Shown: piece after piece, positions 8,249 to 17,358 of the stretch
Layout of the letters: each line of letters starts with the position of its first letter
How positions within the stretch are numbered: the stretch's first letter is position 1
DNA from: an uncultured Actinomycetota bacterium
GTDB taxonomy: Bacteria > Actinomycetota > Actinomycetes > JAHEKZ01
Direction: 5' to 3'
DNA: 64,000 nucleotides
Assembly (NCBI GenBank): GCA_963743915.1
Contig: CAVURN010000001.1
Location: 512,001 to 576,000, forward strand
Position numbers and translations under genes: made by a program
The notes under the pieces: generated by a model
What the model was told of the DNA's origin: nothing
What the model saw: only the letters and a program-made list of their open reading frames with translations
Database searches by the model: none

Positions 8249-9199
8249 ATGTTGCAGAACGTGGTCGCGCTCGCCCTGCCCGGAGTGGCGCCGTTCGAGC
8301 TGGGAGTCGTCTGCGAGGTCTTCGGGATCGACCGCAGCGACGTCGGACTGCCGGCCTTCGACTTCGCTGTGGTCTCCGAGGACGGCGCGCCGGTGCAGTC
8401 CTCCATCGGGTTCACCATTGCGCCGACGGACGGCCTCGAGCGGGCCGCACAGGCCGACCTGGTGTGTGTCCCGGCGTCCTCCACCGACCGCGAGGTGACG
8501 CCGGCGGTTCGTGAGCTGCTGCAGCAGACCGTGGCCCGTGGGGGACGAGTGCTCAGCGTCTGCAGCGGCGCGTTCACGTTGGGTGCTGCCGGGCTGCTCG
8601 ACGACCGACCCTGCACCACGCACTGGTTCCACGTCGACGAGCTGCGTGAACGATTCCCGAAGGCACGTGTCGTCCCCGACGTCCTCTACGTCGACGACGA
8701 CCTCGTCATCACCAGTGCAGGGACCGCCGCAGGCATCGACGCCTGCCTGCACCTGGTCCGCAAGGAGCTCGGAGCCGAGGCCGCCAACGGCATCGCCCGA
8801 CGCATGGTGGTGCCGCCGCACCGGGAGGGTGGCCAGGCGCAGTACGTCCAGCGTCCGGTCGCGGCGTGTGAGTCCGAGGCCATGAGTCCAGTCGTGGACT
8901 GGATGCTCGAGAACCTTGACGCCGATCTCACCATCGACGACCTGGCCGCGAAGGCGCACATGTCACCGCGAACCTTCGCCCGCCGGTTCAAGGCAGAGAC
9001 CGGCAGCACCCCGCACGCCTGGCTCACGGCGCAGCGCGTGCTGCACGCCGAGCAGCTGCTCGAACAGACCGACGACTCGATCGAGCGGGTGGCCGAGCTG
9101 GCCGGCTTCGGCTCGGCGACGCTGCTCCGTCACCACTTCGTGCGCGCCCGCGGCACGACACCTCAGTCGTACCGTCGCACCTTTCGTCAGAGTGCCTGA
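8249..9199 (+). CDS. GlxA/AdpA-family regulator (DJ-1/PfpI + AraC HTH)
   Basis: FELGVVCEVFG, SVCSGAF, TSAGTAAGID, PPHREGGQAQY, MSPRTFARRF. Confidence 0.92.
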   Translation: MLQNVVALALPGVAPFELGVVCEVFGIDRSDVGLPAFDFAVVSEDGAPVQSSIGFTIAPTDGLERAAQADLVCVPASSTDREVTPAVRELLQQTVARGGRVLSVCSGAFTLGAAGLLDDRPCTTHWFHVDELRERFPKARVVPDVLYVDDDLVITSAGTAAGIDACLHLVRKELGAEAANGIARRMVVPPHREGGQAQYVQRPVAACESEAMSPVVDWMLENLDADLTIDDLAAKAHMSPRTFARRFKAETGSTPHAWLTAQRVLHAEQLLEQTDDSIERVAELAGFGSATLLRHHFVRARGTTPQSYRRTFRQSA

Positions 9200-9222
9200 G
9201 GTGTCCGCGTAGCCTCCCGGTC

Positions 9223-10125
9223 ATGCGGTTCTCCGTGTGGCCCGACCAGGCCCGACCCTGGAACGAGGTCGCGGCCATCGCAGACCACGCGGAGCGGTCC
9301 GGGTGGGACGGGATCTACGTCTACGACCACTTCATGCCCGGAGAACCGTCCGACGTGGTGAGGGATGGTCCGGTCCTCGAGGGCTGGACGGTGCTCACCG
9401 CCCTCGCCTGTCGCACCGAGCGGCTGCGTCTGGGAACCCTGGTGCTGGGCAACCTCTATCGGCACCCGGCGGTGGTGGCGAACATGGCGGCGACACTCGA
9501 CCACATCAGCAACGGACGCCTCGTGCTCGGGCTGGGAGCGGGGTGGCAGCAGAACGAGCACGACGCGTACGGCATCGCACTGCCGCCGCCACCCCAGCGC
9601 CTCGACCAGCTCGACGAGGCCCTGGCCGTGATCTCATCCCTGCTGCACGAGCAGCGCACCACGTTTCACGGCCACTACTACGACGTCGAGGACGCGCCCT
9701 GCGACCCGAAGCCGCTCCAGCGCAGGCTGCCCATCCTGGTGGGCAGCAGCGGGGAGAGGCGCGGTATCCCGTTGGCCGCACGGTGGGCCGACGAGTGGAA
9801 CGCGTGGTCGACACTCGAGACGTTCCGTCGGATGTCCGGGGTGCTGGACGCGTCGGCGGAGGCGGCGGGTCGCGACCCCGCGTCGATCGCGCGCTCGACC
9901 CAGGCCGAGGTGGTCCTCGCACCCGGCGACGCGTCCCCCGCGTTCGACACCGACCAGACCCTCGGGGGCAGCGTCGAGCTCGTGGTGGACACGCTGGGAC
10001 GTTACGAGGAGGCAGGGCTCGATGAGTTCATCGTCCCCGACGACGCAGCAGTCCCGATCGAAGAGCGCCTGCAGCTGCTGGAGCAGTTCCGTTCTGAGGT
10101 CGTCACACGTCTCAGGCCGGGCTGA
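9223..10125 (+). CDS. LLM-class (probably F420-dependent) oxidoreductase
   Basis: YDHFMP, LEGWTVL, YRHPAVVANMAATLDHISNGR, GAGWQQNEH. Confidence 0.88.
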   Translation: MRFSVWPDQARPWNEVAAIADHAERSGWDGIYVYDHFMPGEPSDVVRDGPVLEGWTVLTALACRTERLRLGTLVLGNLYRHPAVVANMAATLDHISNGRLVLGLGAGWQQNEHDAYGIALPPPPQRLDQLDEALAVISSLLHEQRTTFHGHYYDVEDAPCDPKPLQRRLPILVGSSGERRGIPLAARWADEWNAWSTLETFRRMSGVLDASAEAAGRDPASIARSTQAEVVLAPGDASPAFDTDQTLGGSVELVVDTLGRYEEAGLDEFIVPDDAAVPIEERLQLLEQFRSEVVTRLRPG

Positions 10126-10621
10126 CCGGGCAGCGCGAGACCAGCAGCAGGACGTGCGGCACCGGCTTCCAGTCCCGGTCCGGAACACGCTCGTACCCGA
10201 GTGCGCGGTAGAAGGATGCAGCTCGTTCGTTGGAGTCGATCACCGACAGCACGACGGCCGCGTACCCCTCGGTCGCGGCGGTGGCGCGCGCATGCGCCAT
10301 GAGAGCGGTGCCGACGCCCGAGCGCTGGACGGTCGGATCCACCGCCAGCATCCGCACCTCGAGCTCGTCGGCCGATGCGATCTCGGCGTACGGCGTGCCG
10401 GGACGACAGAGGGTGATGGTGCCGACGACGACGTCGTCGCGGACCGCCACGAGCAGCTCAGCGTCGCTCGCGCGCCCGGCGGAGTCGGCCAGCGTCGCGC
10501 GGTACGGGTCGTCGTCGCCGTACTTCAGGGCCGGCAGGTACGCCGCCAGAGTGAGCGCCGTGATGCGGGACAGGTCCTCGGGCCGCGCCGCCCGGATCTC
10601 GACGGGGCGGATCTGCTCCAC
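10112..10621 (-). CDS. GNAT N-acetyltransferase
   Basis: RMLAVDPTVQRSGVG, FYRALGY. Confidence 0.85.
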   Translation of the reverse strand: MEQIRPVEIRAARPEDLSRITALTLAAYLPALKYGDDDPYRATLADSAGRASDAELLVAVRDDVVVGTITLCRPGTPYAEIASADELEVRMLAVDPTVQRSGVGTALMAHARATAATEGYAAVVLSVIDSNERAASFYRALGYERVPDRDWKPVPHVLLLVSRCPVSPA

Positions 10622-10631
10622 GGGGGCGGCG

Positions 10632-10877
10632 TCAGACGTTGGTGCGCAGGCGGTTGCGCCGCTTCAGGGCGCGCCGCTCGTCCTCGGACATGCCACCCCA
10701 GACCCCCGCGTCCTGGCCGGTCTCGAGCGCCCAGGCCAAGCAGGGCTCGATGACCTCGCAGCGACGGCAGACCGCTTTGGCCTCTTCGACCTGCAGCAAC
10801 GCCGGTCCGGTGTTGCCGATCGGGAAGAAGAGCTCGGGGTCCTCGTCACGGCAGGCGGCACGGTGGCGCCAGTCCAT
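10632..10877 (-). CDS. whiB1: WhiB-family Fe-S transcriptional regulator WhiB1
   Basis: MDWRHRAACRDEDPELFFPIGNTGPA..C..CRRC..C..GVWGGMSEDERR. Confidence 0.95.
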   Translation of the reverse strand: MDWRHRAACRDEDPELFFPIGNTGPALLQVEEAKAVCRRCEVIEPCLAWALETGQDAGVWGGMSEDERRALKRRNRLRTNV

Positions 10878-11039
10878 GCGGATGCACACTCCTTGCAGAT
10901 CACAGTGCGCCCACCGGTGTCCCGGCCCGCGCACATCCGCCTCGGTCCCTCGGGGGGTGGGGGCCGAACGGCTGATCTAGCCTTTCAGATGGTTGAACGG
11001 TCCACAAGACGAGCGAGGGCGCGACCTGGCTCCCTGCCC

Positions 11040-11055
11040 TGTCAGATGCGTCACA
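11040..11055. promoter_or_regulatory. CRP/GlxR binding site upstream of whiB1
   Basis: TGTCA-GATGCG-TCACA against consensus TGTGA-N6-TCACA; whiB1 is a known CRP target in mycobacteria. Confidence 0.7.
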
Positions 11056-11087
11056 TTGCCGCAGGTCAGACCGTGGGTGACCCGCGG

Positions 11088-12017
11088 TCACACGACCACG
11101 CGGAGCGCCTTCGGGACCGAGACCAGGGTGACCCGCTCGCGCTCGCCGAGGTAGTCACCGTCGACCTGGAAGGCGACCGGTTCGGCTGCGGTGACGGTGA
11201 GTCCGGCGACGTCATGGCGGTGGATGACGTTGCCCCCGCGGGGCGGCCGGGGCCGAGCGGAGAGCATGCGACCGGCGGTCAGCACGGTGCCGGGCAGCCG
11301 CACCCGGCGAAGGGCGAGCAGATCGAGGCCGAGGTCGAACGAGGCGCCGGGGAACGGATCGAGCGGGAGCCGACCGAGGTACGTCCACGGGGACGTGTTG
11401 CCGACCAGGACAAGCGCCACGGGTTCTTCAACCGGGTCCTCGAGGTCGGCGAGCTGAAGGGGTGCCGCCCGGCGTGCCTCCCGTCCGGCCATCGTGCGCA
11501 GGGCGGTGCGGACGTAGAGCGCGTGCGTGGAGCGGCGTCCCCCCTCGCGCTTCCGTTCGACCTGCGCGACGACGTCGGCGTCGAGGCCGAGGCCCGCGGT
11601 GAAGGTGAACCAGCGCTGGTCGGCACGACCGAGGCCGAGGGAGCGCTCGCGCCCCGCGCGCAGCGCCTCGAGCAGGTGCCCCGTGGCCTCGACATGGTCG
11701 TCGGGCATCCCGATGGCGCGCGCGAAGACGTTGGTGCTGCCACCCGGGACGACGGCCAGCGCCGGAGCACCGACGTCGACCCCATCGGCCAGCAGCCCGT
11801 TCACCGCCTCGTTCACCGTGCCGTCGCCGCCGAGGACGATGACCAGGTCGACGCCGGATCGAGCCGCGTCAAAGGCCAGCTCTGCCGCATGCCCACGGGC
11901 GCGCGTCTCGAGGACCTCGAGGTGCAGCTCGGACGAGAGCGCCTGACTGAGGACGTCGCGGGCACGGGGGCTGGTGGAGGTGGCATGGGGGTTCATCACC
12001 AGCCGGGCCCGCTGCAT
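11088..12017 (-). CDS. Diacylglycerol/lipid kinase family protein
   Basis: NPHAT, LGGDGTVNEAVNG, PGGSTNVFAR, FQVDGDYLG. Confidence 0.9.
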   Translation of the reverse strand: MQRARLVMNPHATSTSPRARDVLSQALSSELHLEVLETRARGHAAELAFDAARSGVDLVIVLGGDGTVNEAVNGLLADGVDVGAPALAVVPGGSTNVFARAIGMPDDHVEATGHLLEALRAGRERSLGLGRADQRWFTFTAGLGLDADVVAQVERKREGGRRSTHALYVRTALRTMAGREARRAAPLQLADLEDPVEEPVALVLVGNTSPWTYLGRLPLDPFPGASFDLGLDLLALRRVRLPGTVLTAGRMLSARPRPPRGGNVIHRHDVAGLTVTAAEPVAFQVDGDYLGERERVTLVSVPKALRVVV

Positions 12018-12053
12018 GAGCGTCAGCGTACGCCGACGGTTACGCTCGCCGCC

Positions 12054-12485
12054 GTGACGACTGACCCCGGCGAACCGGCTCTCGAGGCAGCCGCACCCCT
12101 GCCTGCCCCGGTGCGTCTGCTGTCGGTGCTCGTCGCCGTGCAGGCGGTGCTGATGGTGACGTACCTGGCGGTGGACGTGGTGTCGGCGATCCGCAGCTCC
12201 GGGGCGGAGTGGGGGGCCGTCTGGTTCGCGCTGGTGGTGCTCGGCCTCTGGAGCGTGGGCCTGCTCTGGGTGTCCCGTGGGGTGCTGGCCGGCAAGCGGT
12301 GGGCCTTCACGCCGATCCTGTTCACCCAGCTGATCTTCGGCGCCGTGGCCATCAGCGTCTTCGGTGCGGCGGACACCGTGGCCAAGATCGTGTGGGCGTT
12401 GGTGGTGGTGTATGCGGTGGTCGTCCTCCGGCTGCTCTTCAGCGGGGAGGTGCGGCAGCACCTGGTGTACTCGTCAGCCGACTGA
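12054..12485 (+). CDS. 4-TM membrane protein
   Basis: Hydrophobic C-terminal part of ORF 10230..12485; usual neighbour of the DAG kinase. Confidence 0.7.
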   Translation: MTTDPGEPALEAAAPLPAPVRLLSVLVAVQAVLMVTYLAVDVVSAIRSSGAEWGAVWFALVVLGLWSVGLLWVSRGVLAGKRWAFTPILFTQLIFGAVAISVFGAADTVAKIVWALVVVYAVVVLRLLFSGEVRQHLVYSSAD

Positions 12486-12586
12486 CCGGGGAGCCCCCGC
12501 GTCCTGAAGGTTGGGTGCAGTATCGGGCGCTCTGGCACCACTTTCTGCACCCAACCGCGGCCATTGCGTCGTCGGGGGTGTCCGAG

Positions 12587-13133
12587 TCAGACCGCCTCGG
12601 GGTCGCCGGTGTCGTCGAACTGCCCCCGGGCCAGGCGCTCGAGCGCCGGACCGGTGAGGCGGTTGACGGTCCAGTCGTCCATCGAGATCGCGCCGATCCG
12701 TTTGTAGAACTCGACGGCGTGGATTCCAGTCGAGCACCCACCAGTCGAGCCGGGGATAGCCGCGTTCGACACAGATCTGCGCGAGGTGCTGCAGGAGCGC
12801 CTTGCCGTAGCCGAGCCCGCGGTACTGCTCGCGCACGTAGAGGTCGTCGAGGTAGATCGAGTGCTTCGCGGTCCAGGTGAAGAAGTTGCGGAACCAGACC
12901 GCCATGCCGGCGATCTCCCATCCAGGCGCGTCCGTCGCGGCCCCGTCGTCGGGATGGTGCTCGAGGATGGTGGCCCACACCGCTGGGTCCTCGCAGAAGA
13001 GCGCCTCGGCGAAGAGCGCCTCCGTCGACTGCACCTCGTGCCGCGCCTTCTCGTACTCGGCGAGCTCGCACACCATCGCGAAGATCTCCGGCACGTCGTC
13101 GGGGACCGATGGGCGGATGCGAAAGCTCGTCAT
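12587..13133 (-). CDS. GNAT acetyltransferase (SSAT-like), frameshift near 12722
   Basis: ELAEYEK, YLDDLYVREQYRGLGYG, WWVLDWN / AVEFYKRIGA continues in another frame. Confidence 0.8.
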
Positions 13134-13936
13134 GCAGGTGAACCCTTCGTGGCGCGTCGGATGCGGACGTCGCCACTCACCGTATTGACCTTGAGGTCGA
13201 GCGGAGGCACATCCCCCGTGCCCGGCGTCGGAGAGATGTCGAGCTCCGAACGCGTCTCGCCGGACAGCGAGGAGACATCGAGGAGGGCGGGGACACCGGG
13301 AGCGATCCCCACCTCGACGTCGCCCGACACCGCCTGCACCGCAAGCGAGTGCGGCTCGGCACGGTGGATGACGACATCACCGGAGAGGCTGGTGATGGAG
13401 CTCTCGCCGGCAAGGGTGCCGAGGGCGATGTCACCAGATGCGGTCCGCACGGTTGCGCCGCCGACGACGCTGTCGGCAAAGACGTCCCCGGAGGCCAGGT
13501 GCACGCGCAGCTGGCCTCCGACGTGTCGGACCCGGACATCTCCCGACGCGCCCTTGACGACCACGTCGTCCGCGACGTCATCGAGTCGGGCGTCGCCGGA
13601 GCCGGAGGCGAACCGGAGACCGGCCACCCGGCCCCTGCTTCGCAGGTCGACCGCACCGCCGTCGATGTCGAGGGTCGTCTGCGCGGGGGTGTCGACGGTG
13701 ATGTCGAGGCCCTTGCGTCGCTTCCAGCCGGAGATGCCGCGACGGCGCTCGGTGACGGTAATGCGCAAGGAGCCGTCGGACTCCTCGGAGCTCTCGATGG
13801 TGACCTGATCGGGGTCCTGCTCCCCGGTCACTCGCAGGCTGACCGCACCCGCCTGCTCGCGGACGCGGACGTCGCCGGCCCCGATGGAGATCTCGAGGGT
13901 GACTGCACCTGGCGCGGGGAAGGTCATGGCCTCCAT
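13130..13936 (-). CDS. DUF4097 beta-strand repeat protein
   Basis: Repeated (S/A)GDV motifs; AAGGAG RBS before MEAMTFPAPG. Confidence 0.82.
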   Translation of the reverse strand: MEAMTFPAPGAVTLEISIGAGDVRVREQAGAVSLRVTGEQDPDQVTIESSEESDGSLRITVTERRRGISGWKRRKGLDITVDTPAQTTLDIDGGAVDLRSRGRVAGLRFASGSGDARLDDVADDVVVKGASGDVRVRHVGGQLRVHLASGDVFADSVVGGATVRTASGDIALGTLAGESSITSLSGDVVIHRAEPHSLAVQAVSGDVEVGIAPGVPALLDVSSLSGETRSELDISPTPGTGDVPPLDLKVNTVSGDVRIRRATKGSPA

Positions 13937-13947
13937 GGGGTGCTCCT

Positions 13948-14415
13948 TCAGCCTTGGACGAAGCCGGTGATCCGGCGACCGGTGGACACCGGGCCCCTGC
14001 GGGGACCGGTGGTGGGGGAGAGGTGGTGCCGCGCGGCGGCGACGAGCCAGGCATTGGTTGAGACGCCCTCCGCGTCGGCCGCGGCCTCGATCGACGCCTT
14101 GAGCGCCTCGGGCATGCGGACCGTGAGTCGCGCGGTCTCCGATCCCTCGTCGACCGGCGTCGGCGCGTCGACCCCGGGCTCGGGGCGGTAGACGAGCACC
14201 GCGTCGCGTCCGGCGAGCTGCAGGTCGAGCCGACCCTCCGGCAGCTGACGAGACGCCTCGAGCGCCACCTCCCCGAGCAGGTCGAGCAGCTGGAGGTGGA
14301 GCGCCGGAGTGAGCGCCGTGGCCATGCGGTGGGCGAGGGCCTGGGCCTGCTCGTCGTCCCCGGCGACGGCCTCGAGGGCCTCGCGGATGGCGGTGACGTG
14401 CGGGGTGGTCTCCAT
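13948..14415 (-). CDS. RHH-containing HicB-like regulator/antitoxin
   Basis: TARLTVRMPEALKASIEAAADAEGVSTNAWL; usual partner of DUF4097 genes. Confidence 0.8.
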   Translation of the reverse strand: METTPHVTAIREALEAVAGDDEQAQALAHRMATALTPALHLQLLDLLGEVALEASRQLPEGRLDLQLAGRDAVLVYRPEPGVDAPTPVDEGSETARLTVRMPEALKASIEAAADAEGVSTNAWLVAAARHHLSPTTGPRRGPVSTGRRITGFVQG

Positions 14416-14552
14416 CAGGACAGGTCGCTCCTCGGGGCGGCGCGGAAGAGGGTCTCGTCACGCCGCGACGCGCGGCGCCGATCTGCTCGGCGGGGCTGCC
14501 GGAGGGCGCTCTCGCGCTGTGCGGCGAGCTCGGAGCTGACGAACGGGTTCAT
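14415..14552 (-). CDS. Small upstream ORF (45 aa)
   Basis: MNPFVSSELAAQRESALRQ...; GAGGAGG RBS; TGATG overlap with the next gene. Confidence 0.5.
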   Translation of the reverse strand: MNPFVSSELAAQRESALRQPRRADRRRASRRDETLFRAAPRSDLS

Positions 14553-14579
14553 GCCTGCCTCCTCGGCTCGACGTCGAAG

Positions 14580-14649
14580 CGACGCCTCAGTGGTGCCTTG
14601 ATGATGCCTTGATGACGTCACTATGACGTCACACTGCCATCGTTGTCAA
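14580..14649 (-). promoter_or_regulatory. sigma70-type promoter overlapped by an 11-bp repeat operator array
   Basis: TTGACA-N18-CATAGT on the minus strand; repeats tggtgccttga/tgatgccttga/tgacgtcacta/tgacgtcacac. Confidence 0.65.
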
Positions 14650-14679
14650 GAGGGCGACGGCGATTCGCGTCCGGAGACG

Positions 14680-14713
14680 CCGACGGCCCCCTCCACGGGG
14701 AGGGGGCCGTCGG
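14680..14713 (-). terminator. Intrinsic terminator hairpin after sodN
   Basis: 15-bp perfect stem CCGACGGCCCCCTCC/GGAGGGGGCCGTCGG with a 4-nt loop. Confidence 0.7.
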
Positions 14714-14739
14714 GGCAGTGCAGGGTGTCAGGCGGGGTG

Positions 14740-15132
14740 TCAGGCCTTCTTGGTCTCCCAGAAGATCGTCGCGATCTCGTCGATCTTGCCGAGGAGCTGG
14801 TCGGCGACGGCCACGTCGTTGGTGCCCTTGGTGCCGGCGGCACCGGCCAGCTTGGTGGCGTCGTTGAACAGCTCGTGCAGCTGCGGGTACTTCTCGAAGT
14901 GCGGGGGCTTGAAGTAGTCGGTCCACAGCACCCAGAGGTGCTCCTTGACCATGGTGGAGCGCTGCTCCTTGATGGCGACCGCGCGGGCCTTGAAGTCGGC
15001 GTCGTCACTGCCGGCGTACTTCTGCATGCAGGCCTTCACCGACTCGGCCTCGATCTTGGCCTGGGCCGGGTCGTAGACGCCGCAGGGCAGGTCGCAGTGG
15101 GCACGGACCTCGGCGATGAGCCGCAGAGCCAT
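14740..15132 (-). CDS. sodN: Nickel superoxide dismutase precursor
   Basis: Ni-hook HCDLPCGVYDP after an 11-aa prepeptide; LWVLWTDYFKP. Confidence 0.97.
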   Translation of the reverse strand: MALRLIAEVRAHCDLPCGVYDPAQAKIEAESVKACMQKYAGSDDADFKARAVAIKEQRSTMVKEHLWVLWTDYFKPPHFEKYPQLHELFNDATKLAGAAGTKGTNDVAVADQLLGKIDEIATIFWETKKA

Positions 15133-15181
15133 GAGTCGGTCCTTTCGACGGGGGTGGGCTATGTCGGCGACACTACCCCCC

Positions 15182-15536
15182 ATGTCGGACCCGCGCAGAA
15201 GGCCCTCGGAGCGCCGTTCCGGCCTCGGCCTGCTCGCTGGCCGGACGCGCCCTCGTGCGGGTGCAGGGGGCGTCCATGGAACCCACCTTGCGGTCGGGGG
15301 ACGTGCTTCTGGTCCGTGCCGGGGCGCTGCCGAAGGCGGGGGACCTGGTGGTCGTGCGGCTTCCGGAGCGATCGGGCCTGGCGGTGAAGCGTGCCGTGCG
15401 GCAGGAGCCCGGCGGTTGGTGGGTCGAGCGCGACAACCCCCGCGAGGGCGTCGACTCGTGGTCCGTCGGCGCGATCCCCGACGGCGACGTGGTGGCGCGG
15501 GTCGAGCGGCGGCTGTGGCCGATCCGGCGTGCCTGA
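15182..15536 (+). CDS. sodX: NiSOD maturation protease (S26-like), probable frameshift near 15250
   Basis: VQGASMEPTL, VKR, WWVERDNP..DSW; divergent from sodN. Confidence 0.85.
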
Positions 15537-15595
15537 GTCCCCGTCCGGCTGTGGAACCATGGCCCAGTCCCTCACCCAGCGGAAGAGTGCGTGCC

Positions 15596-16771
15596 GTGAC
15601 CGCGTCCGACCTGCCCGTCGATCCCGTCTTCGCCATGCACCGGGGCGGCAAGATCGAGATGCGCTCGACGGCGCGAGTGCGCGACCGCGAGGGGTTGGCG
15701 CTGGCGTACACACCAGGCGTGGCCCGGGTGAGCGAGGCCATCGCCGCTGATCCCGGTCTGGCCGACACCTACACGTGGCGGTCGCACGTCGTCGCCGTGG
15801 TGTCCGACGGCACGGCGGTGCTGGGGCTGGGAGACATCGGCCCCCTCGCCGCGCTGCCGGTGATGGAGGGCAAGGCGCTGCTGTTCAAGGACTTCGGCGG
15901 CGTGGACGCCGTGCCGCTGGTCCTTGACACGACCGACGTCGACGAGATCGTCGACACCGTCGCGCGGGTGGCGCCCAGCTTCGGTGGCATCAACCTGGAG
16001 GACATCAGCGCTCCGCGCTGCTTCGAGATCGAACGCAGGTTGCAGGAGCTGCTGGACATCCCGGTCTTCCACGACGACCAGCACGGCACCGCGATCGTCG
16101 TGCTGGCCGCGCTCGAGAACGCCGCACGGCTGATCGATCGTCCACTGTCCGATCTCCGCGTGGTCGTGTCCGGTGCCGGTGCGGCCGGTGTCGCAGTGAC
16201 GAAGATCCTGCTCGAGGCGGGGATCGGGGACATCGCCGTCGGCGACAGCAAGGGAATCATCCATTCCGGTCGCACCGACCTCAACGAGATGAAGCGTCGT
16301 ATCGCTGACGCCACCAACACCGCGGCACTCACAGGGTCGATCGAGAGTGCCATGCGCGGGGCCGACGTGTTCGTCGGCGTCTCGTCCGGAACCGTCTCCG
16401 AGGCGGCAGTGGCATCGATGGCCCAGTCGTCGATGGTCTTCGCCCTGGCCAACCCGGTTCCCGAGGTGGACCCGGTGGTGGCCGCCCAGTACGCGCGCGT
16501 CGTGGCGACCGGGCGGAGCGACTACCCGAACCAGATCAACAACGTGCTGGCCTTCCCCGGCATCTTCAAGGGTGCCCTCGAGAACAACGCCACCGAGATC
16601 ACCAAGCGGATGAAGCTGGCCGCGGCTGACGCGTTGGCGAAGGTGGTGGGCGACGACGTCGCCGACGACCACGTGATCCCCAGCGTCTTCGACCAGCGCG
16701 TGGGTCCGTCGGTCGCCGAGGCGGTGGGCAAGGCGGCGCGGGAGGATGGCGTCATCCGGCGTCACCACTGA
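15596..16771 (+). CDS. NAD(P)-dependent malic enzyme
   Basis: [45 protein letters not shown]. Confidence 0.95.
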   Translation: MTASDLPVDPVFAMHRGGKIEMRSTARVRDREGLALAYTPGVARVSEAIAADPGLADTYTWRSHVVAVVSDGTAVLGLGDIGPLAALPVMEGKALLFKDFGGVDAVPLVLDTTDVDEIVDTVARVAPSFGGINLEDISAPRCFEIERRLQELLDIPVFHDDQHGTAIVVLAALENAARLIDRPLSDLRVVVSGAGAAGVAVTKILLEAGIGDIAVGDSKGIIHSGRTDLNEMKRRIADATNTAALTGSIESAMRGADVFVGVSSGTVSEAAVASMAQSSMVFALANPVPEVDPVVAAQYARVVATGRSDYPNQINNVLAFPGIFKGALENNATEITKRMKLAAADALAKVVGDDVADDHVIPSVFDQRVGPSVAEAVGKAAREDGVIRRHH

Positions 16772-16777
16772 GGCGGG

Positions 16778-17251
16778 CTACGCGGCGTCGGTGATGTCGG
16801 CGACCTGGGCTTCGAGTGCTGCGAGGGCCGCATCGGCGTCGACGCCGATCGCGACGTCGTGCTCCCCGGCACCGAGCGTGACCCACCTCGCCAGCATCCG
16901 TTCGTCCGCGACCACCGGCAGCGCGGTGCGTGCGCCGAACGGGGTGATCGTGCCGCGTGGGTAGCCGGTCACAGCCAGCGCCTCGTCGGCGTCCGGCATC
17001 GACAACCGGTTGACACCGAGCAACGCCCGCAGCTTGGGCCAGCTGATCACCCGGTCACCGGGGACCAGCGCGAAGAGGTAGTCGCCCTCGCCTCGGCGCA
17101 CCACCATGGTCTTGACCACGTCAGCGGGCTCGACGCCGCGGGCCGCCGCCGCCTCGATGAGGCTCCGCACGGGCTCGTGCCGGATCACGGTGTGCTCGAG
17201 ACCCAGCCGTTCCACGGCCGCAATCGCCGGGGTGCCAGGGGCGTCGGGCAT
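16778..17251 (-). CDS. YbaK/EbsC aminoacyl-tRNA deacylase family
   Basis: VVKTMVV, TGYPRGTITPFG. Confidence 0.87.
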   Translation of the reverse strand: MPDAPGTPAIAAVERLGLEHTVIRHEPVRSLIEAAAARGVEPADVVKTMVVRRGEGDYLFALVPGDRVISWPKLRALLGVNRLSMPDADEALAVTGYPRGTITPFGARTALPVVADERMLARWVTLGAGEHDVAIGVDADAALAALEAQVADITDAA

Positions 17252-17358
17252 GGGGGAAGGCTAGTCCTGTCTCCGGGCCTTTCGGCCGCTGTGCGCCCGC
17301 ACCGGGTGCCGGTACGGTCGCACTGTCTCTGCAGGGGGGCGGATCACGGGGGTCGACC

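Noticed and set aside
14580-14634. Possible CRISPR-like array
   Set aside because: 11-bp units with no spacers and no cas genes; better explained as an operator
15116-15595. N-terminal extension of malic enzyme
   Set aside because: Overlaps sodX in another frame; real start is probably GTG 15596
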